Of a stretch of 64,000 nt of DNA, positions 48,598 through 56,205 are shown one piece after another (within the stretch, counting starts at the first letter, position 1; the number at the start of each line of letters is the position of its first letter). Source of the DNA: Phycisphaerae bacterium. Lineage in GTDB: Bacteria; Planctomycetota; Phycisphaerae; FEN-1346; JAACEH01. The stretch is taken from contig JAWLHX010000014.1 of assembly GCA_041690105.1 (NCBI GenBank), positions 740 through 64,739 of the forward strand, in the 5' to 3' direction. The notes under the pieces are model-generated. The model saw only the letters and a program-made list of their open reading frames with translations, made no database searches and was not told the DNA's origin. The position numbers were made by a program, and so were the translations under genes.

Positions 48598-50394
48598 ATG
48601 AATGTAATCAGATGGTTGGCGTCGGTAATGGTGGTTTTGATGATGGCTGCGGGAGTGGCGGCCGATTCGGCTCTTTTGCCGGCAGGGACGGCTATGGTCG
48701 CAGAAGATACGGAGGCGGCCTTCCGCCTGGCGGGGGATAGCGCGACCGGACAATGCGAGGGCGTGGACGTTGAGGGGCAGGACTTTGACCGGGCCTTGCG
48801 CGTGACCACACTGAAGCAGCCCGCTCAGCCGTGGCTGCTCCAATTGCACGCCGCCACGGTGGCCCCTGTTGCCAAGGGCGACGTGCTGCTGGCGACCTTC
48901 CAGGCACGCTGCGCCTCGCCCGATGGCGGCGAAGCCCATGCCGACTTCGTGTTCGAACAGGGCGTTGAACCATATGCCAAGTCGGTCGAGTTCCCCATCA
49001 GCGTGGGCCGGCGGTGGCAGAAGTTCCAGGTGCCCTTCGTAAGCAGTGGCACGTATCCGGCCGGCCAGGCGAGCATCAATCTTCGCCTCGGCTATTTGCC
49101 GCAGAAGATTGACATCGCAAACCTCACGGTGGTAAATTTTGGCCGCGCAGTTAAGCTGGCGGACTTGCCGCGTACGGCGGGCGATTACGAGGGTCGGTCG
49201 CCCGACGCGGCGTGGCGCAAGGCCGCTCTGGAGCGAATCGAGGAGTTGCGCAAGGGCGATCTGGCGATAACGGTGACCGACCAGGCAGGTCGGCCGGTGG
49301 TCGGGGCCGAGGTGGCGGTGCGACTGACTCGCCACGGGTTTGCGTTCGGCTCGTGCGTCGATGCCAAGTGGATAATGGACGGCAGCCCCGAGGGCCAGCG
49401 TTACCAGCAATTCGTGGAGCAGAACTTTAACCGGGTGGTTTTCGGCAACGACCTGAAGTGGCCGCCCTGGGAGGGACTGAGACCCAAAGTGTGGTCCCGC
49501 ACCCAGACGCTGGCGGCCTCCGACTGGCTGCGGGCGCGGAACATCGAGATTCGCGGCCATTGCCTGGTGTGGCCGAGTTGGCAGCACCTGCCAGCCGATG
49601 TGGCCGCTCTGCGCGGCGACAAGGAGTCCCTGGCCAAGCGGGTGGCCGATCATGTGACGGAGGTAGCCAGTGCCATGAAGGGTCGGCTGGTCGAGTGGGA
49701 CGTGATCAACGAGCCCTACAGCGAACACGACCTGATGGATGTGCTGGGCCGCGAGGCGATGGTTGAATGGTTCAAGCTGGCCCGGGCCGCCGATCCGCAG
49801 GCTCGGCTGTACATCAACGATTACGACATTCTCGGCAACGGCGGCCTGGCGACGGTCCACCAGGACGAATACGAGAAGACGATCCGCTTTCTGCTGGCCC
49901 AGGGGGCGCCCGTCCAGGGCATAGGCCTTCAGGGGCATTTCGGCGGGCGGCTCACCAGCCCGGAGCGGATGCTGACCATCCTCGACCGCTTCGCCACGCT
50001 GGGGTTGACGCTCCAGGTGACGGAGTTCGATGTCAACATCACCGACGAACAGCTTCAGGCCGACTTCACGCGTGACTTTTACATTGCCCTGTTCAGCCAC
50101 CCGGCCGTCGAGGGCATTATGACCTGGGGCTTCTGGGAGCGCACCCACTGGCTGCCGGATGCCGCCATGGTCCGCAAGGACTGGACGCTCAAGCCTAACG
50201 GCCGCGTGTGGATGGACCTGGTGCACAAGCAGTGGAGCACCGATGCCCAAGGCAAGACGGACGAAGTGGGCAAGTGCGAGCTGCGCGGATTTCTGGGTGA
50301 ATACGAAGTGACGGCAACTTCCGGCGGCCGCAGTCGCGTGGTCACAACAACATTACCGAAAGGCGGAGCCAGACTGACGGTGGTGCTGGAATAG
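48598..50394 (+). CDS. secreted glycoside hydrolase family 10 endo-beta-1,4-xylanase with N-terminal carbohydrate-binding (CBM4/9/22-like) domain
   Basis: Signal peptide MNVIRWLASVMVVLMMAAGVAA. The GH10 acid/base region WDVINEP and nucleophile region QVTEFDV. AAGGAAAGAG Shine-Dalgarno. Confidence 0.8.
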   Translation: MNVIRWLASVMVVLMMAAGVAADSALLPAGTAMVAEDTEAAFRLAGDSATGQCEGVDVEGQDFDRALRVTTLKQPAQPWLLQLHAATVAPVAKGDVLLATFQARCASPDGGEAHADFVFEQGVEPYAKSVEFPISVGRRWQKFQVPFVSSGTYPAGQASINLRLGYLPQKIDIANLTVVNFGRAVKLADLPRTAGDYEGRSPDAAWRKAALERIEELRKGDLAITVTDQAGRPVVGAEVAVRLTRHGFAFGSCVDAKWIMDGSPEGQRYQQFVEQNFNRVVFGNDLKWPPWEGLRPKVWSRTQTLAASDWLRARNIEIRGHCLVWPSWQHLPADVAALRGDKESLAKRVADHVTEVASAMKGRLVEWDVINEPYSEHDLMDVLGREAMVEWFKLARAADPQARLYINDYDILGNGGLATVHQDEYEKTIRFLLAQGAPVQGIGLQGHFGGRLTSPERMLTILDRFATLGLTLQVTEFDVNITDEQLQADFTRDFYIALFSHPAVEGIMTWGFWERTHWLPDAAMVRKDWTLKPNGRVWMDLVHKQWSTDAQGKTDEVGKCELRGFLGEYEVTATSGGRSRVVTTTLPKGGARLTVVLE

Positions 50395-50712
50395 CCGAGA
50401 GCCAGCCAGAATGCCGGCTTTTTTATTATGGTATAACTGGCTGGCAGAAGAAAGTGGAGAGTAGAAACAGCAAAGGCTTAACGATATGATGGTTTCATAG
50501 TCAGAAGGCATGTCCGCTCTCCGGCGGCTTGTGATGAGCCTGTCGAACCGCCTGCTGCTCACCCTTTACCGTTTGGCGGAGTCGTTGCCACCCTCGGCAG
50601 CCTTGGACACTTTCGTCCAAGCTGCCATAGCACGTGCCTGGCATGCACGTGGGCACCAAACTATGCGACAGTCCTCACTACATCAAATGACATTGTTACA
50701 AGGAGTAGGCTG

Positions 50713-52026
50713 ATGGGTCTGGGATTTATCGTAAAGGCGGATGTGCCGAGACATGGGCCTTTGCGGCGAAAGCCAAGCCGCAATGCCTTGTTCTCCGATA
50801 TCTGTGCCGCAATCCAAAATGCCACCACGGACCCGCTAATGGCACGAATGATCGCCAGTTCCGTGGATCAGCACACACTGTCGGTCGTGCTGCATCCTTG
50901 TGAAGAGCCGGTTGAGTTCGTCTGGCAGCCTGATCAAACGATACTGGCTTCGGCCAAAACATCCACGGTCGGCCCTGGGTATCATGCCCACGCAGTTGGT
51001 TTGCTGAATAAGATTGGCTCGGAACTGAACCTGCACTGGGATTGGTCGGAAGAAGGGGCTGACGAAACTGGCTTTGCCCTCAGCGGCGACTTCGATGATC
51101 TTCAGTGCGAGATGGCGGCGATGTTGAAGGGTATCGGAAGCATCCCGCTGGAACAGAGCCGCGAGGGCTGTAGTGGACTGATGCTGAATATGCCAATAGG
51201 ATATCCGCTGCCAGAGATGGAGCGTTTTGTCTTGTCGCCGCTAGGGCCACTTTCCGAAAATTGGTGCCGCAAACTGACAGAGGCAGAGGAAGAGGCGCTT
51301 CAGGATATCTGCCGGAACTACTACTCTTGGTGGCAGCGCGCACCTGACGCGAGCTTCTGGCGGAGTACCGGGCTTTATCTGATGTGGTGCGAAGTTCGCT
51401 GGCATGTGCCTTTCAAGGAGTGGGAACGCTCGATATGTCAGCTGGCGCTGGATTGCATGGAGCGGGCAGCCTCGTTGGATGCGGACATACAACTGCCGGC
51501 ACCTGAAGTCCAGGAACTGACTCGCCTGCTGAACTGGCCCGAAGACGTGCCGCCCCAACCGCCACAACCGCAGGGCATCGGCTATCGTCGTCGCAATATG
51601 GTTCATAGTCTTACCGGAGGCTGGTCAATCAGATTGCCCGGCCACTATTACGAGACATGGGAGGACGATGGCGCGGAGCCTGTCTTCTGGTTTGACGGAC
51701 GGACTGTTCGCTTTACGTCCTTCACGTCAAGTGGCGAAGATGAAACCCCGGCAATTCCGGCAGACATGCTCAGCAGAAAAACGCCTGAGAAGTTGCAAGG
51801 CGCCGAGGTTGTTGATCTCGATAACCAGGACGTCCAGGGCTGGGCCACAATACGGCAGGCTGAAGAGGACGGCCAGTCATACTGGCAGCTTCAAGGCGAG
51901 GCGGCCTGCGGCAACACACTCGGCGTTGTCACAATATGTTTCGAAGATTCTGCCGACAGAGATTGGGCAGTGCAGACGTACAATAGCCTTTCCCATGCCA
52001 AGACCGACGGCGCGGAAGATGAATGA
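50713..52026 (+). CDS. hypothetical protein (437 aa, no recognisable domain, Trp-rich)
   Basis: The long ORF follows a T-rich putative terminator of the xylanase gene. Coding is inferred from ORF length and codon bias only. Confidence 0.45.
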   Translation: MGLGFIVKADVPRHGPLRRKPSRNALFSDICAAIQNATTDPLMARMIASSVDQHTLSVVLHPCEEPVEFVWQPDQTILASAKTSTVGPGYHAHAVGLLNKIGSELNLHWDWSEEGADETGFALSGDFDDLQCEMAAMLKGIGSIPLEQSREGCSGLMLNMPIGYPLPEMERFVLSPLGPLSENWCRKLTEAEEEALQDICRNYYSWWQRAPDASFWRSTGLYLMWCEVRWHVPFKEWERSICQLALDCMERAASLDADIQLPAPEVQELTRLLNWPEDVPPQPPQPQGIGYRRRNMVHSLTGGWSIRLPGHYYETWEDDGAEPVFWFDGRTVRFTSFTSSGEDETPAIPADMLSRKTPEKLQGAEVVDLDNQDVQGWATIRQAEEDGQSYWQLQGEAACGNTLGVVTICFEDSADRDWAVQTYNSLSHAKTDGAEDE

Positions 52027-52039
52027 GTGGGAGGGAGCC

Positions 52040-52708
52040 TCAGGCCCGATCAACGAAGAATCGCTCCTGCGGCTGAAGCCAGTCGTCGGTGCTCAAGAAG
52101 AAGGGCTGCGTCTGTCCGCGGGCAACTATTTTGAGGTGACTATTGAACTGGCTGACGGCTTGGCGTTTAAGCTCCAGCTGGGCCGAGATGTCCAACGCCA
52201 GAGATGGTTGGTCGATGGTCGAAAGCGACAGGCCGTGCCGCAATTCGATGGTATACCGGTAAAGCGCCGCCCTGCTCTGGGTCTTCTGCATGGCAGCCCG
52301 CACGACGGCGCAGGCGGCAACGTGGTCGGGGTGACGCTCGTGTTCGCTGGTCACGTAGATTTCCTGCGGCGTAAGCTCATCAATGAGATGGGCAATTGTC
52401 TCGATTGCGGGTTGCAGGTGGTCTTCAAGCGTGCCATCCTCCACGTCCAGAAAACGCACTGCTTCTGGACGAGATCCGAGAATTGTGACCGCCCGCAGCG
52501 TTTCGTCCTTGCGCATCAGCGAAGCTTCCGCCGGCGTGGGGTCGGACTCGATCTTCCATTGGCTTAGCCGGAAAAGATGGCGGCCGTCGGTGACGACAAC
52601 AATGGCCACGCTGCATCCTTGCTGAATCCGCTGGGCCAGCGTTCCGCCGCAACCAAGGGTTTCGTCATCGGGGTGAGGCGCAATAATGAGAACCGAGCCT
52701 GGTGCCAT
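52040..52708 (-). CDS. PIG-L/LmbE-family N-acetylglucosaminyl deacetylase
   Basis: IIAPHPDDETLGCGGTLA motif and the downstream HPDH zinc-ligand motif. Confidence 0.8.
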   Translation of the reverse strand: MAPGSVLIIAPHPDDETLGCGGTLAQRIQQGCSVAIVVVTDGRHLFRLSQWKIESDPTPAEASLMRKDETLRAVTILGSRPEAVRFLDVEDGTLEDHLQPAIETIAHLIDELTPQEIYVTSEHERHPDHVAACAVVRAAMQKTQSRAALYRYTIELRHGLSLSTIDQPSLALDISAQLELKRQAVSQFNSHLKIVARGQTQPFFLSTDDWLQPQERFFVDRA

Positions 52709-52908
52709 TTTATTCCTCGTCGGGGTGCCAGTATCTGATTAAAATGCACTCGCCGGCGAAAGTTACGCCCATTCTTCATCGTACAGCCGTTACGAAATAA
52801 CCCTTATAATGACGTTCGCGAGGGAGAGGATACTAAAGCAGTTGCCTGGGAGGGCTGGTTATCAGCACACGGCCGGCTTGCCCCAGCGATGTGGGGAGGA
52901 TAATCGCG

Positions 52909-53511
52909 ATGAAGATCTACCTTCGGTTCGGTGCTATGGTGGCAACTTCTACGGTCTGCATGTTTGGGCTGATGTACCTGAACAGTTACGAGCTCGACCA
53001 TGTTTCCTTCAGCGAGACGCGGGCCTACATGGCCCTCGTGATGGGCGCGACAATGGCTGTGATCATGCTGGCCTTCATGACGCACATGCTGAGCAACTGG
53101 CGCGTCAACATCGGCATCATCATCGGCAGCGTGGTTGTCTTTGCCCTGGCACTGTGGCTGGTGCGGAGCCAGGCGACGGTGGGGGACGTTTCGTACATGA
53201 AGGCTATGATCCCGCACCATTCCATTGCCATCCTGACCAGTGAGCGGGCCCGGATCAGCGATCCGCGAGTGCGGGAACTGGCCGACGAGATTATTGCGGC
53301 TCAGCGGCGGGAAATCGCTGAGATGAAGGCGCTGATCGATGATATAGAGGCGCGCGGCAAACAGTCATCTAAAGTTACTGCCACGCAGAATGTCGAAACC
53401 TTCTTCAGCAAGAAGCACGGGCATGACGGTGGCGGCCATGAGGAAGGTCAGGGCGAAGGTGGAGATACCCGAAACGGGAGTCATCTGGCGTGTTGTGCCG
53501 GAAGGTATTGA
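52909..53511 (+). CDS. DUF305-domain membrane protein (copper-resistance-associated family)
   Basis: An N-terminal TM segment and the DUF305 motif YMKAMIPHHSIAI...ELADEIIAAQRREIAEMKALI. A His/Gly-rich C-terminal tail (KKHGHDGGGHEEGQGEGGD). Confidence 0.65.
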   Translation: MKIYLRFGAMVATSTVCMFGLMYLNSYELDHVSFSETRAYMALVMGATMAVIMLAFMTHMLSNWRVNIGIIIGSVVVFALALWLVRSQATVGDVSYMKAMIPHHSIAILTSERARISDPRVRELADEIIAAQRREIAEMKALIDDIEARGKQSSKVTATQNVETFFSKKHGHDGGGHEEGQGEGGDTRNGSHLACCAGRY

Positions 53512-53571
53512 AGCATCGGGGCCGCCGGCCGGAATTACGGCACCATAACAACAAGACACTGAAGCATCAAA

Positions 53572-54945
53572 TTGAGGAGGTGCATTATGAATCATCGTCT
53601 GGTAACCCTGTTGACTGCTGCCATTATGCTGATGTCACACACGATTCTGGGGCCGGTGGCGGCGCGGGCCGAAGACAAACCGGCCGCCAACAGGGCAACG
53701 GAGACGGGGGCAAAGGTTTGGACCTGCTCGATGCATCCGCAGGTCCGCCAGTCGGCCCCCGGCAAATGTTCGCTCTGCAATATGGATCTGGTTGTCCTGG
53801 CCGATCCAGCGGAGATAGAATCCGAAGGGGGCTTCGAACCCATCAGGCGGGTTGAGATCAGCGATTCGGGCAGTCTTCGGATAAACGGGGAAAAGCCACT
53901 GCTTCCGCTGATGGGTTTTTATCAGTCAATCGCCAGCTTCAAGAATGCCCAGGCCATGGGGCTCAACGGCTACTTCATGCCGGGCGCGAAGCCCACGCCG
54001 AATGAATACCTGGACGCGCTGCAGGCTGCCGGCCTGTATGGCGTTGTGCCCTTCGACGAAGCGGTGGTAAATCATCCGGCGCTGCTGGCCTTCGTCCTGC
54101 CGCACGAACCGGACAAGGCGTTTCTGGGTGGCAAGGAAGAGATGAGTCCGCAAGCCATGGCCGAGGCTTACCAGTCAATACGCAAAGCCGAGCCAAACCG
54201 ACCAGTGATTATGGACTGGTCGCCGCGATTCATCAGCGATGACGGTCTGAATGAGGGCCTGGCAGAAGAGAAGCGTAAGGAGATTTACCCGCAGTACGCC
54301 CGGGCAGCCGACATCCTGACCTATAACGTCTACCCGATCTGGGGCCACAATCGCCCTGAGAAGATTGACTGGGTGGCCCAGGCGGCGACCGATTTGCAGG
54401 CCTTGGCCGGCAAAGACAAACCCTTTTTCGCCATGATCGAGACGGGCAAGGGGGCGCGCGGCATTGCTGTGGAGGAGCAGAAGGAGGTCTCGGTCGCAGA
54501 ACTGCGGGCCGAGGTCTGGATGGCCTTGATCGGCGGAGCGAAGGGCATCATCTATTTTACGCACCGCTTTACGCCCAGCTTCAGCGAGTTTGCCCCCGAC
54601 GCCGAGAAGCAGGCGGCTATCAAGAAGATTAATGAACAACTGACTCGCCTGGCACCGGCCATTCTTGCTCCGCAAAGCGAGGCCCTCGCTCTGAAAATGA
54701 CCTTGGGCAACGACTTCGCATGCCAAACGCGGGTGACTCGCACAGCAACAGGCTTCTACATTTTCGCCCAGAACCTGGATATGCAGCGACGGGCGGGCAA
54801 GGCGACCTTTAAGACTAACGCAAAACCGGGCACCGTTGTCGAAGTGGTGGACGAAACGCGCAAGCTGGCGGTGGGCGATGACGGAACATTCACCGACACG
54901 TTTGAGCCGCTGGCCGTGCATATATACTTGATCGCGACGGAATAG
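53572..54945 (+). CDS. secreted fusion protein: CusB-type heavy-metal-binding domain (CxMHP...GxCxxCxM) followed by a TIM-barrel glycoside-hydrolase-like domain of uncertain family
   Basis: A signal peptide, then WTCSMHPQVRQSAPGKCSLCNMDLV, which matches the HMBD consensus YTCPMHPE....PGKCPICGMDL. The C-terminal ~380 aa resemble GH42/GH5-like barrels, a weak assignment made by eye. Confidence 0.55.
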   Translation: MRRCIMNHRLVTLLTAAIMLMSHTILGPVAARAEDKPAANRATETGAKVWTCSMHPQVRQSAPGKCSLCNMDLVVLADPAEIESEGGFEPIRRVEISDSGSLRINGEKPLLPLMGFYQSIASFKNAQAMGLNGYFMPGAKPTPNEYLDALQAAGLYGVVPFDEAVVNHPALLAFVLPHEPDKAFLGGKEEMSPQAMAEAYQSIRKAEPNRPVIMDWSPRFISDDGLNEGLAEEKRKEIYPQYARAADILTYNVYPIWGHNRPEKIDWVAQAATDLQALAGKDKPFFAMIETGKGARGIAVEEQKEVSVAELRAEVWMALIGGAKGIIYFTHRFTPSFSEFAPDAEKQAAIKKINEQLTRLAPAILAPQSEALALKMTLGNDFACQTRVTRTATGFYIFAQNLDMQRRAGKATFKTNAKPGTVVEVVDETRKLAVGDDGTFTDTFEPLAVHIYLIATE

Positions 54946-54986
54946 GCTTGTTTGTGGCTGCCACTTAAGCGATAGAGCCTGATCAG

Positions 54987-55982
54987 TTACTTCGGCAGGG
55001 TGACGGTTCTGGTCTCTCTGGCTGAGGTGGCAATTGCTTCGGCAATCTGAACATCCGCCAGCGTGTCGCCGGGGGAGTTTCGGCAGGTGGCAGCACCGTC
55101 GATGGCCCCGAGGAAGGTTGTGGCCTGAACCTGGAAGGGGTCCGGGGCCGAGTTATAATCGACCTCTGTCTTCTCGGGACCATAGAAGAGCATGGTGCCG
55201 ATGCCATTTTCGGCAGGATGCAGATCGATAGCCGCCTCCGTACCAACGATTGTCACCGACCATGCAGGCAATGAAGCTGGCTTGACGAACCCGGCTGTGA
55301 GGCTGTAGAGCACCTGGTCCTGGAAAAGGATGTTAGCCACGCAGGTCTCTTCAGCAATCATCGCTGGCGAGGTCTGGCTCACCCGATTGGCAAAAGCCGA
55401 AACAGCCAAGGCCCGGCCCAGCAGCCAGCGTACCGGATTGATGAAGCAGTAAGTCATGTGCGTAAGTGGCATGCCGCCACTGGCCTGCTGATTATAGTAC
55501 CAGCTGGCCGGGTCGCCAGCCCACAAGGCAATGCTTCGGACGGCGACGGGCTGGCCCAGGCGGCCGCTGGTGACGGCATCCCGCGCTGCTTCCCACAGAG
55601 CGCTGTAGCGGGCTTCGTATCCGGCTTCGACAATCAGTCCTTTCTGGTGGGCCAGGCGCTGGATGTCCGCGACTTCGTCTGCTGTAGCGGCAAGCGCTCC
55701 GCCCACCAGCACATGAAACCCGGATTGCAGAGCCCAGACGACAATCTCGTGCTGAGCTACGTGCGGCACTTCAACCAGCACTGCATCGGGCTGGAGTTGC
55801 CCGAGTTGCCTGAAATCGTCGAACGAGGCACAATCAGTAAGGTTCAGGTCGGCGACCAAGCTGGCCGCTCGTTCACGATGCTTTGCCGCAACGCCACAGA
55901 TAGTCGCCTGGCCGGTTGCCAGCAGGGCCTGCGTACGCACCCGAGCCATCATTCCGGCTCCCACCACTGCTATTCGCTTCAT
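54987..55982 (-). CDS. Gfo/Idh/MocA-family NAD(P)-dependent oxidoreductase
   Basis: MKRIAVVGAGMMARV Rossmann N-terminus and a typical size. Confidence 0.75.
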   Translation of the reverse strand: MKRIAVVGAGMMARVRTQALLATGQATICGVAAKHRERAASLVADLNLTDCASFDDFRQLGQLQPDAVLVEVPHVAQHEIVVWALQSGFHVLVGGALAATADEVADIQRLAHQKGLIVEAGYEARYSALWEAARDAVTSGRLGQPVAVRSIALWAGDPASWYYNQQASGGMPLTHMTYCFINPVRWLLGRALAVSAFANRVSQTSPAMIAEETCVANILFQDQVLYSLTAGFVKPASLPAWSVTIVGTEAAIDLHPAENGIGTMLFYGPEKTEVDYNSAPDPFQVQATTFLGAIDGAATCRNSPGDTLADVQIAEAIATSARETRTVTLPK

Positions 55983-56205
55983 TATTTCGACCTCCAAGGC
56001 TTGAGTTGGCAACTGCCGCCGCCCGGCATTATATCGTCCGTGTTTACAGTTGCTATTCCGGAAAAGAATTCACCGGCATAGAAGATGCTTTACGGGGCCA
56101 TTCGTCGTTCCATTCCCCGCTGCAGTGGCGACGGCTGTTGCCAGAAATCCCATTGAGCGTCCTCGGCAGACTGCTATACTTAGGTTTTAGATACTGCAGG
56201 AGGCG

